Below, one piece after another: positions 55,508 to 64,000 of a stretch of DNA of 64,000 nucleotides. Below the pieces are notes generated by a model. The model made no database searches, had not been told where the DNA came from, and saw only the letters and a list, made by a program, of their open reading frames with translations. This DNA comes from a virus: positions 65,830 to 129,829 of IMG/VR virus record IMGVR_UViG_3300017917_001940; one strand, given 5' to 3'. Every line of letters begins with the position of its first letter. Position 1 is the stretch's first letter. The translations under genes and the position numbers were made by a program.

Positions 55508-57775
55508 ATGCAGAATAATCCTGAAATTGAACAAATTGTTGAAGAGTCCGTTAGAATAGCTCGAACCAAGCAACATGAATATGTGCTAACCGAACACTTG
55601 CTACTGGCACTTATTCGCTATCAGCCATTCCGTAAAGTGTTAGAAAAGTATGGCACAGATATCACGATGTTCGAAACTGAGCTCAACGCATACTTAGACA
55701 GTTTGACCAGCTTGGTTAAACCTGGAGACATTCAGCCTAAAAAGACCAACGCTCTAGAGCGCACATTTAATCGTGCCCTAACACAAGTATTATTCACTGG
55801 ACGCAGAACCATCACCACACTGGATTTATATCTAGCCATGATGAGTGAGAACAACAGCCACGCTCATTATTACTTGCTCAAGCATGGTGTTAAGAAACAA
55901 GAGTTTGCTGAATTTTATAATAAGAATTACAATCACAATGATGTTAAAATTACCAATCAACAAGCAGATGAAATTCTTTCCGAGCACTGTACTAATTTAA
56001 CATTATTAGCAAAAGAAAATCGTCTAGAGCCAATGATTGGCCGCTCAGCAGAATTAGACGAAATGATCACTGTGTTAGCACGTCGCTTTAAAGCCAACGT
56101 GTTAATGGTGGGCGACCCAGGTGTGGGTAAAACTGCTATTGTTGAAGGACTGGCTCAGGAAATTCAAGCAGGACGTGTGCCAGAATTCCTCAAAGGACAC
56201 GAAGTATGGTCGCTGGAAATTGGATCATTATTAGCTGGTAGCAAATATCGTGGTGAATTTGAAGAGAAATTCAAGCAGGTGATCAAAGCTCTTGAAGCTA
56301 AAAAGAATTGCGTGTTGTTTGTGGACGAAGCACATACTATGAAAGGTGCTGGTGCTAGTTCAAATAGTAGTTTAGACTTTGCTAATATGTTAAAGCCAGC
56401 TATTACCAAAGGACATTTAAAAGTAGTGGCGTCAACCACGTGGGAAGAATACTACGAATCATTTGAAAAAGATCGTGCGCTCATGCGTCGTTTCCATAGA
56501 GTAAGCGTAGATGAACCCAACGCAGAAACTACAGAACAAATCTTAATTGGACTTAGCCCACGTTTAGAGCAGTTCCATAATGTATTAATTGATACAGACG
56601 CTATCATTGCCGCTGTGGAATTATCCGGTAGATATATCCATGATCGTAAAAATCCTGATAAATCAATTGATTTAGTAGATGGTGCTTGTGCTAGAGAACG
56701 CACTAAAGATCAGGGTAATGTAACTGTAACTAAAGAAATGATCATGGCACAGTTAAGCAAGGTCACAAGTATTCCTTTAGATCGATTACAAAATGAACGT
56801 AGTGCCAAAATCATGGAATTGGAAAGTAATATTAAAGAGCGATTATACGGACAAGATGAAGCAGTCGATAGCGTACTTGAACGTGTGTATATCAATTTCT
56901 CGGGCATTGGCAATGAAAAGAAACCAATTGCGTCATTTTTATTCCTAGGCCCAACTGGCACGGGTAAAACAGAACTAGCACGATTACTAGCCACTAACTT
57001 GGACATGCAACTGCTCAAGTATGACATGAGTGAATATCAAGAAAAGCATACAGTGGCGTCACTAATTGGTGCGCCTCCTGGATATGTGGGCTTCGAGGAC
57101 GGTAACGTCGGTGGTGGTAAACTTATTAGCGATATCTCCAAGCATCCGTTTGCTGTTGTCCTTTTCGACGAAATTGAAAAGGCACACCCAGATGTTATTA
57201 ACATCATGCTACAAATGCTTGATGAAGGACGCTTGACCAGTGCTAACGGTAAAACTGTTAACCTAAAGAACACTATCATTATCATGACGTCAAACTTAGG
57301 CGCCAGAGATAATGAGAATAATGTTATTGGCTTTGGACAAACGCTAGAGCGCACTGGGTCGGAAGATCGAGCCATGAAGGAATTCTTCAAACCCGAGCTA
57401 CGCAATCGTATTGATCAAGTGTGCAAGTTTAAGAAATTGGACACCCTGGCCATTAAGAAGATTGTTGTTAAATTCGTTGCTGAATTGCAGGACAGTTTAT
57501 TAAACAAAAACATTAAACTTACACTAAGCGAACCTGTAATTGACTTATTGGCAGACAAGGGTTATGATAGTAAAATGGGTGCTAGACCATTAAGTAGAAA
57601 AATCGACGAATTAATTCGTGTGCCATTGAGTAAAAAGATATTATTCGAAGGATTGAGTAATTGTAGCATACAAGCCACTCTAAATGAAGACGCTGTGGAA
57701 TTTAACATTTTACCCGAGGACGCTGTGCCTACAGTAAATTCAGAAGGAATCATTGTTTTTGAGCCTAAAGTTTAA
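55508..57775 (+). CDS. clpA: ClpA-like AAA+ unfoldase
   Basis: Clp N-domain; two Walker A motifs (GDPGVGKT, GPTGTGKT); IGF loop (VIGFG); 755 aa with no ClpB middle domain. Confidence 0.9.
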   Translation: MQNNPEIEQIVEESVRIARTKQHEYVLTEHLLLALIRYQPFRKVLEKYGTDITMFETELNAYLDSLTSLVKPGDIQPKKTNALERTFNRALTQVLFTGRRTITTLDLYLAMMSENNSHAHYYLLKHGVKKQEFAEFYNKNYNHNDVKITNQQADEILSEHCTNLTLLAKENRLEPMIGRSAELDEMITVLARRFKANVLMVGDPGVGKTAIVEGLAQEIQAGRVPEFLKGHEVWSLEIGSLLAGSKYRGEFEEKFKQVIKALEAKKNCVLFVDEAHTMKGAGASSNSSLDFANMLKPAITKGHLKVVASTTWEEYYESFEKDRALMRRFHRVSVDEPNAETTEQILIGLSPRLEQFHNVLIDTDAIIAAVELSGRYIHDRKNPDKSIDLVDGACARERTKDQGNVTVTKEMIMAQLSKVTSIPLDRLQNERSAKIMELESNIKERLYGQDEAVDSVLERVYINFSGIGNEKKPIASFLFLGPTGTGKTELARLLATNLDMQLLKYDMSEYQEKHTVASLIGAPPGYVGFEDGNVGGGKLISDISKHPFAVVLFDEIEKAHPDVINIMLQMLDEGRLTSANGKTVNLKNTIIIMTSNLGARDNENNVIGFGQTLERTGSEDRAMKEFFKPELRNRIDQVCKFKKLDTLAIKKIVVKFVAELQDSLLNKNIKLTLSEPVIDLLADKGYDSKMGARPLSRKIDELIRVPLSKKILFEGLSNCSIQATLNEDAVEFNILPEDAVPTVNSEGIIVFEPKV

Positions 57776-58451
57776 GACTGTTAAATCCGACAGTTTATTC
57801 TACGATTGTTATCAATATTCTGTTAGCGTTAAGATCCAAGAAGCCTGGGTCTTTCGCTATACTAACGAGCGTGATGAAATTGACAGTCGTTTGACCCGAC
57901 AACAAGAGTGGCGTGATCGCATGCGAGCCCGTTGGCCTGGCGACGGTATGAATCGTTATCATTCACCCATTACTGACACAGTACGTTTGAACTCACAATT
58001 AATGGGCGGATTTATTCGTTCAATCAGCTCGGACTATAAAATGGTCATCGAGCCTAAAACTCTACGCTTTTACACAAATGATTTAAATTTGCTATACGAT
58101 ATTAATCGCCTGGGTTTTGTCACTGAAAAGAAATTCAGCGAAGCAGTGATCAACCGTCCTAAAAATACCATACTGTTAAAAAACCCCCGTCACAAGTATC
58201 GCAGTTATTTTAGAGAAACAAAGATAAGCGATCATGACAAACAGGTAATTGCACAATTCCTTAAAGGGCAACCGGGTATACGTATAGGCGCAGGCCTAAC
58301 TGAATGGTTAAAAGATGACTATATTAAATATTCATCACGTTATACACGTGAATATTTTTTTGTAGATCACGACTCCAATTCTTGGCTTACTATGTTTGCT
58401 TTAGTACGACCCGGATTAATTCGCAAGACCGTGGATATTATAGCTAAATAA
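57753..58451 (+). CDS. hypothetical protein
   Basis: 232 aa. Confidence 0.7.
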   Translation: MFLSLKFKTVKSDSLFYDCYQYSVSVKIQEAWVFRYTNERDEIDSRLTRQQEWRDRMRARWPGDGMNRYHSPITDTVRLNSQLMGGFIRSISSDYKMVIEPKTLRFYTNDLNLLYDINRLGFVTEKKFSEAVINRPKNTILLKNPRHKYRSYFRETKISDHDKQVIAQFLKGQPGIRIGAGLTEWLKDDYIKYSSRYTREYFFVDHDSNSWLTMFALVRPGLIRKTVDIIAK

Positions 58452-58458
58452 AAGCACT

Positions 58459-58635
58459 ATGGCAAAAATTAATTCAACTTCATTGGTTATTACCGTTAGC
58501 GAAATGGTACGTGACACAGACCCAAACCATGTGTTATTAACACCTGAAATGGTTGCCCAGTTAGAAGCTGTGGTACAGCAATTGGCCGCAGAATCCTCGG
58601 GCAACGCAGTTATTGTGGAAGTGCAACAAGCCTAA
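58459..58635 (+). CDS. small late protein (58 aa, absent from the ORF track)
   Basis: TAAATA upstream; MAKINSTSLVITVSEMVRD. Confidence 0.7.
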   Translation: MAKINSTSLVITVSEMVRDTDPNHVLLTPEMVAQLEAVVQQLAAESSGNAVIVEVQQA

Positions 58636-59003
58636 TGGCCATTACTAATCTTTTTCTAGTGGATAATATTACCCACGGAGTTCCTTCGGGCAACTACGAT
58701 GGGTCTAGCTTGGAATTTGACACCGACGGCGTCAAAGGTGTAGGCTATTATCCTGGACAAGGTAACTTACAAAACCTGGGTATTCGTACAACTGGGTTCA
58801 GTGGTACTGTTACTATCCAAGCCACACTAGATGACGATTGGACTGATGCTAATTGGGTCGACACCTTTGTTTACGATGCTGGTGCTATCACTCCAATTAG
58901 CGGCTATCGCCCAGAAAGTCTTGTGGGCAATTATACTTGGTTACGAGCACACATAACTGATTTTACCGCCGGAACTATTAATTTCATTCTAGTATCATAC
59001 TAA
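58635..59003 (+). CDS. putative virion structural protein
   Basis: Beta-rich; FSGTVTIQATL...WLRAHI. Confidence 0.7.
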   Translation: MAITNLFLVDNITHGVPSGNYDGSSLEFDTDGVKGVGYYPGQGNLQNLGIRTTGFSGTVTIQATLDDDWTDANWVDTFVYDAGAITPISGYRPESLVGNYTWLRAHITDFTAGTINFILVSY

Positions 59004-59007
59004 ATCA

Positions 59008-59430
59008 ATGATAAAATTTACGTTAGAAACTACTAATCCTTCTGCGCCTTTGGCATTTGAAGCCTGGTTAGACGATTGTTGTGTGTATAAAAACCCGCAC
59101 GTAACTCAAACAGAATCTATTAGTTTTGCCATACCCGACGATGAAGCTGAACACCAATTACGATTAATATTAAAAAATAAACAAATTGAACATACTGTGA
59201 TTGACGAACATAATAACATTATTAAAGATTCTTGTTTAAAAATTAGCAATCTGTTTTTTGATGACATTGAATTAACCTACGGGTTACAGCAATTAATTTG
59301 TTATTCACACAATAACAACGGAAATGGACCCGACATTGAAGACAAATTCTATGGTGCCATGGGCTGTAATGGCACTGCAAGTTTAAAATTTTCCACCCCT
59401 ATATACCTCTGGCTATTAGAGAACATGTAA
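59008..59430 (+). CDS. hypothetical protein, paralog of 6392-6781
   Basis: AMGCNG...FSTPIYLWLLENM. Confidence 0.75.
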   Translation: MIKFTLETTNPSAPLAFEAWLDDCCVYKNPHVTQTESISFAIPDDEAEHQLRLILKNKQIEHTVIDEHNNIIKDSCLKISNLFFDDIELTYGLQQLICYSHNNNGNGPDIEDKFYGAMGCNGTASLKFSTPIYLWLLENM

Positions 59431-59439
59431 AATAAATAC

Positions 59440-60987
59440 ATGATGAAAAAGATTGTCATCATGCCAGGCGGGTTTCACCCATTTCATGCCGGGCATTTAA
59501 GTTTGTACAACGCGGCCAAACAGGCATTTCCTGACGCTGAAGTATTTGTTGCCGCTACAGATGATACCAGCACACGTCCTTTTCCATTTCAAGTTAAAGA
59601 AAAATTAGCACAACTAGCCGGAGTAGATCCTGGGCATTTTGTCAAGGTTAAAAGTCCTTTTTCAGCTAAAGAAATCACCCAGCACTTTGATCCTGACACC
59701 ACTGAATTAATATTTGTACGCAGTGAAAAAGATCGTAACAAACCACCACAAGCAGGTGGCATTAAAAAGTCTGGTGAGCCAGCATACTTGCAACCATTAA
59801 CTCGAGACGTTCAACCCATGAGCAAGCATGCCTATATGACTTACTTGCCCACTGTGGAATTCGGCCCGGGTATTACATCAGCTACAGAAATTCGCACAGC
59901 CTGGCCAGGATTAAATGACAAAAGAAAACAAGCCATGGTCATGAGCTTGTATCCTAAAACTCAAGGTAATCCAGCATTAGTACAAAACGTCATTAAGATG
60001 TTGGACACAGCCATTGGCAATGGACCAGAACAAATAAATGAAGGCATGGGCAGTTGGTTAATCAGCAAACTGGCCAATCTAGCAGTTAAATCTGGTGCTG
60101 TAAGTCAAGAACAGTTTCAAGGTTGGCTAGCTGAAAATGTAGAAGAAGTACGCATGGAAATGATGGAGTACTTGCGTGACCATCCATATCGTTCAGTAAT
60201 TGCTCCTAAGATTAACATCATGATGGATCGTTTAAAAGAAGTTGAAACTCCTGAGCAATTTAGTCAAGGTGTGCGGATTGTTTCTGAATTCTTAAATCAC
60301 GCTGTACGCTTGGAAGAATCTGACCCAGACTACATTGAAGAAAAATGGAGTCAAAAGTATAAAAGATCTATTGACTGCTCACATCCTAAGGGCTTTAGCC
60401 AACGAGCCCACTGTGCTGGCCGTAAAAAAAAAGTAAATGAAAGCTCAGGCTATAGTTTGCAGGGTAGTTTTACCCCAGACTTAACTCTGAGCAAAGTTTG
60501 GCTGTTGGATGAGCTAGCCAAAATTGAGCCTACAGTAGGCACAGTTTATATTCTAGGTTCTTGGTATGGTAATCTAGCCTTGTACATGAACTTACAACCC
60601 ACAGTCAAATATACCAATATTATCAATGTAGAAACGGATCAATCAATGTTAGATCAAAGTCAACGTATGCTTGATCACATTGGTGCTGACAACATTGAAT
60701 ACATGAATAAAGATGCTAACGATCTAGATTATCGCCAATTGGGTAATGCCGGAGTAGTAATCAATTGTAGTCTAACTGACATGGATGGTACTGATTGGTT
60801 CCGCCATATTCCAGACGGCACACTGGTTGTAATGCAAGCACGTGATCACGACCCTGGATACCAGTTTAATTCGCCTGAAGATATTGTTAAAAAATTCCCG
60901 TTATCACAAGTGCTATATTCTGGCACCAAGCATTTACAAGATCCCGAAACACACTACAATCGTTTTATGGTCATAGGTAGAAAATAA
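59440..60987 (+). CDS. multidomain protein: cytidyltransferase + helical module + Cys module + methyltransferase-like domain
   Basis: GGFHPFHAGH...TSATEIR; KWSQKYKRSIDCSHPKGFSQRAHC; ILGSWYGNL. Confidence 0.8.
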   Translation: MMKKIVIMPGGFHPFHAGHLSLYNAAKQAFPDAEVFVAATDDTSTRPFPFQVKEKLAQLAGVDPGHFVKVKSPFSAKEITQHFDPDTTELIFVRSEKDRNKPPQAGGIKKSGEPAYLQPLTRDVQPMSKHAYMTYLPTVEFGPGITSATEIRTAWPGLNDKRKQAMVMSLYPKTQGNPALVQNVIKMLDTAIGNGPEQINEGMGSWLISKLANLAVKSGAVSQEQFQGWLAENVEEVRMEMMEYLRDHPYRSVIAPKINIMMDRLKEVETPEQFSQGVRIVSEFLNHAVRLEESDPDYIEEKWSQKYKRSIDCSHPKGFSQRAHCAGRKKKVNESSGYSLQGSFTPDLTLSKVWLLDELAKIEPTVGTVYILGSWYGNLALYMNLQPTVKYTNIINVETDQSMLDQSQRMLDHIGADNIEYMNKDANDLDYRQLGNAGVVINCSLTDMDGTDWFRHIPDGTLVVMQARDHDPGYQFNSPEDIVKKFPLSQVLYSGTKHLQDPETHYNRFMVIGRK

Positions 60988-61042
60988 CACCTCCACTTAA
61001 ACAGCCATTAAATATTCCTACATTATCTACAATGAGGACAAA

Positions 61043-61951
61043 ATGGCAGATCAAGAACAACAAACATCAGTAACAACACAAAATCCAGCACAGCCTGGTG
61101 GACAGCAAATTCAAGTTAATATTGATTATTTAAAAACTACCAAGGTTCATATTTGTATGCCTTGTTATGGTGGTATGCTTGCCGAGCAAACGTTTATGAG
61201 TTTTGTTAAATGGGGTAATACAGCACGTCAACTGGGCATTGACTGGACCATTGAAACCATGACCAATGAAAGTCTAATCACACGTGGTCGTAATACGCTG
61301 ACTGCTAAGTTCTTGCTTAATAAAGATTCAACTCACTTGATGTTTATTGACAGCGACATTGGTTGGGAACCATGGCACTTGTTGGTGTTGCTAAATGCTG
61401 ATAAAGATGTTATTGGTGGTTTATACCCAATGAAATCTTTACCAATTAAATGGTGCGTAAATGGATTCGAAGGTGCTAAAGTTGAAGGTGATTTGCAAGA
61501 AGTCTCAAAAACTGGCACAGGATTTTTGTTGATCAAACGTCATGTGTTTGAAAAAATGAACAGTCATCCAGCTGTTAAACCATTTAAAAATGACATTGGT
61601 TTGCCTGCAGAATTAGATCCATATATGAAAACCTATTTTGACACAGCGGTACGTGAAAATAGATATTATTCCGAAGACTGGATGTTCTGTGAAAACTGGC
61701 GAGATCTGGGTGGCGAAGTTTGGGTAGACAAGCGTGTGTTATTGCGTCATATGGGTTCATACATATTTGATAGTGCCGCACAGGATCGCTTGTACAATGA
61801 ATTCCTGGCCTTGGCACAACAAAATGGACATATTATTGCTCCACATTTACAACAGCCAAATCCTCCAACAGATGTTAATGCTGTGGCAGAGCCTCCGGCG
61901 CCGGTTACTAGTAAAAAATCTACAAGTAAACGCCGAGCCAATGCCAAATAA
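61043..61951 (+). CDS. GT-A fold glycosyltransferase-like protein
   Basis: ICMPCYGG, ESLITRGRN, MFIDSD, GTGFLLIKR, SEDW.FC. Confidence 0.8.
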   Translation: MADQEQQTSVTTQNPAQPGGQQIQVNIDYLKTTKVHICMPCYGGMLAEQTFMSFVKWGNTARQLGIDWTIETMTNESLITRGRNTLTAKFLLNKDSTHLMFIDSDIGWEPWHLLVLLNADKDVIGGLYPMKSLPIKWCVNGFEGAKVEGDLQEVSKTGTGFLLIKRHVFEKMNSHPAVKPFKNDIGLPAELDPYMKTYFDTAVRENRYYSEDWMFCENWRDLGGEVWVDKRVLLRHMGSYIFDSAAQDRLYNEFLALAQQNGHIIAPHLQQPNPPTDVNAVAEPPAPVTSKKSTSKRRANAK

Positions 61952-61955
61952 AACC

Positions 61956-61978
61956 AAACCCGCTGAGGCGGGTTTTTT
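61956..61978 (+). terminator. intrinsic terminator
   Basis: AAACCCGC-TGAG-GCGGGTTT-TTT. Confidence 0.88.
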
Positions 61979-62009
61979 AATGAATAAAAAATAAAAATAA
62001 ATATAAGAT

Positions 62010-64000
62010 ATGAATATACTCGAGCTTGATTCCTACGACCTTACCGATGCTGTTAAATTTAATGATCAATTAAATCCTGCTATTTGGTCCGGTGAACGTA
62101 TGCGCCCAGAAGTACGTGAACGTTTATTGGCCATTGCCGATGATTTCCGTGAGTTTTTAGGCTTGAGTAATATCAATGTAAAAGACATTACAGTGTCAGG
62201 TTCAAATGCGGGTTATACATACACTCCACATTCGGACATTGACTTGCACCTAGTAGTGGACATTCCACAGGCAGACAGCGATGAAGTTTATCGCGAATTA
62301 TTTGACGCTAAAAAATATCAATACAACGACCTACACGATTATAAGATAAAAAACTACGATGTAGAGCTTTATGTAGAAAACGCAAACAAGCCGCCTAAGT
62401 CGGCTGGCATATATTCAATTAAAAATGATGACTGGGTACACATTCCACGTCGATTAAAAGCCGATGTAAATGACGCCGCAGTGAAAAGTAAATTTGAAGA
62501 TATTGGGTATCGTATTGAATCAGCAGTTAAAAGCAACGACTATGAAAAGATCGATCAACTGGCCAAGAAAGTTAAGAACTTTCGCCAAGCAGGATTAGAT
62601 GCTCATGGTGAACTAGGCCCAGAAAATTTAGCATATAAAATATTACGCACACAAGGTTTAATTAAAAAATTATACGATGCCCGCAACTTAGCACTAGATA
62701 AAAAGTTAAGTTTAAAAGAAAAAGTTTGCCAGCCATTTAAGTATGGATTTAAAACTGAAGATTTGGACACAGATGGCATAATGATGACACGTCCAACTAA
62801 CTGTTCAAGCGAAGCCGCAGTACCAGATGCCAAACCCAGCGACGAAGATATTCTTAAAGATTTTATTAAGTTCTGTGTAGCTGAATTAAAAATTGAGCAC
62901 ATGCCCCGAGTTAAACTGCGTAAAGATCCGCAGTGGAGCAAGGTACATAAAACATTTGGTCGCTACAATGACGATATCAAAACATTAGAAGTAGCATGGG
63001 GCCAGCGTCACATCATGGACGTGTTGCGTACTGTAGCTCATGAGTTAACACACAAACATCAACACGAGCGTGATGGTGAACGCATGGGTCCAGATGCAGG
63101 TGAAACTGGTAGCCCTTGGGAAAACGAAGCCAATGCACGTGCTGGCGTACTCATGCGTGATTATGGTCGTTTGCACCCGGAATATTTTGAAGCAGGCCAA
63201 GCCGAACACTTACATGGTGACGAAGTAAAAGAATCAGCGAGTGGTTATATCCCCACTAAAAAGCAAGCCAAGGATCCAAGATTCAGCATGGCACTTACCA
63301 AGGATATCAAACCCGGTCAAGTGGGCAAGGAAGCCAACAAACTAGCATTAGACACAGACAGTCAAGGCCATCCACACTTGTTAATGACAGGTTTGCGTAA
63401 CGCTCTTAAAGAGTTTAAAGAAACTGGTAAGTTAGCCAAGCCCAAAACAAAACTTGGTTATAATACACAGCCGTTAACACAAGAGCCCGGTGGCATTGAA
63501 GATCCACTGGGAAATCAAGAAGCCACTGGTCCAGAGTTTCCACCAGAGTTTCCTCAAGGTACAACTAAGATTGATGTTAGTGATACAACTGATTGGTACC
63601 GTTTGGGCATGGATATTTCAGACATGGATGATGCTGAGCCAGATGATTACAATCAAGGTCCACCACAAACTATTGTAGTCTATCCAAGCAAGGATGCCGA
63701 AGATTACTATAATAAACAATTTAAACGTCTAGGTTTAAAAACTGGCAAATCCGCGGGTAGCACTAAACTAGACGAAGATGAGCAGTTGGATGAAGTTAAA
63801 ATGTCACCTGGTGCTCTTAAAAAGTTTGCCGCAAGTCCAGAAGCCAAAGGTATCATGGCTGGCTTTGAAGCAGAATTAATCTTCCGTGACACACAAGGTG
63901 ATGATGACAGTGACGATTATGAAGCAGACTACGATGCTGATGAGCGTTGCTACAATATTGACCAAGTTGTTGAATTCTTTGAAAATGATGACTATGGTTA
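62010..64000 (+). CDS. large multidomain protein, 3'-truncated (absent from the ORF track): pol-beta-type nucleotidyltransferase + zincin metallopeptidase + probable amidoligase start
   Basis: Hand translation: VSGSN...SDIDLH (62193-62249), AHELTH...ENEANA (from 63036), GFEAE (63861); TAAATA at 61998. Confidence 0.8.
   Translation, partial: MNILELDSYDLTDAVKFNDQLNPAIWSGERMRPEVRERLLAIADDFREFLGLSNINVKDITVSGSNAGYTYTPHSDIDLHLVVDIPQADSDEVYRELFDAKKYQYNDLHDYKIKNYDVELYVENANKPPKSAGIYSIKNDDWVHIPRRLKADVNDAAVKSKFEDIGYRIESAVKSNDYEKIDQLAKKVKNFRQAGLDAHGELGPENLAYKILRTQGLIKKLYDARNLALDKKLSLKEKVCQPFKYGFKTEDLDTDGIMMTRPTNCSSEAAVPDAKPSDEDILKDFIKFCVAELKIEHMPRVKLRKDPQWSKVHKTFGRYNDDIKTLEVAWGQRHIMDVLRTVAHELTHKHQHERDGERMGPDAGETGSPWENEANARAGVLMRDYGRLHPEYFEAGQAEHLHGDEVKESASGYIPTKKQAKDPRFSMALTKDIKPGQVGKEANKLALDTDSQGHPHLLMTGLRNALKEFKETGKLAKPKTKLGYNTQPLTQEPGGIEDPLGNQEATGPEFPPEFPQGTTKIDVSDTTDWYRLGMDISDMDDAEPDDYNQGPPQTIVVYPSKDAEDYYNKQFKRLGLKTGKSAGSTKLDEDEQLDEVKMSPGALKKFAASPEAKGIMAGFEAELIFRDTQGDDDSDDYEADYDADERCYNIDQVVEFFENDDYG

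Noticed and set aside
56164-57753. Minus-strand ORFs inside clpA and similar shadows throughout the ORF track
   Set aside because: Fully overlap confidently identified genes and lack motifs or RBS
1-64000. Alternative genetic code (TAG/TGA recoding) as seen in some large phages
   Set aside because: TAA, TAG and TGA all end well-formed, densely packed genes and recognisable proteins are full length under code 11
1-64000. tRNA, rRNA, tmRNA genes or CRISPR arrays
   Set aside because: No cloverleaf with a T-loop consensus and no regularly spaced direct repeats recognised by eye; tRNAscan-SE, ARAGORN and a CRISPR finder would confirm

Overview
This AT-rich, densely coded 64 kb window reads as part of a large (jumbo-type, T4-like) tailed bacteriophage genome in the standard bacterial code. 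The host is probably Gram-negative and proteobacterial, judging from a spanin-like pair, IHF-consensus sites and near-consensus sigma70 promoters. From left to right it holds: a ClpP / GT10-like glycosyltransferase / radical SAM block; a long early region of small genes driven by many TTGAC(C/A)-N17-TA(T/C)A(A/C)T promoters; a stand-alone ~250 nt structured RNA candidate followed by a helicase plus two-methyltransferase restriction-modification-like operon; host-like genes (IF-1, SOD, IscA/HesB, GroES, DnaJ, ClpA, PhoH, a DnaE fragment, an RFC-type clamp loader); tail/baseplate genes; four homing endonucleases; a lysis cassette; and late-promoter (TAAATA/TAAGTA) multidomain proteins whose enzyme modules are separated by hydrophobic-X-Glu motifs. 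The strongest leads are (1) a putative set of capsid-packaged, prohead-protease-processed enzyme polyproteins that includes a leader-tagged SOD, (2) the ncRNA plus RM-like locus at 21.1-25.4 kb, and (3) several structured RNA leaders. All product calls come from motif reading only; no database search was run. No tRNA, rRNA or CRISPR array was recognised.
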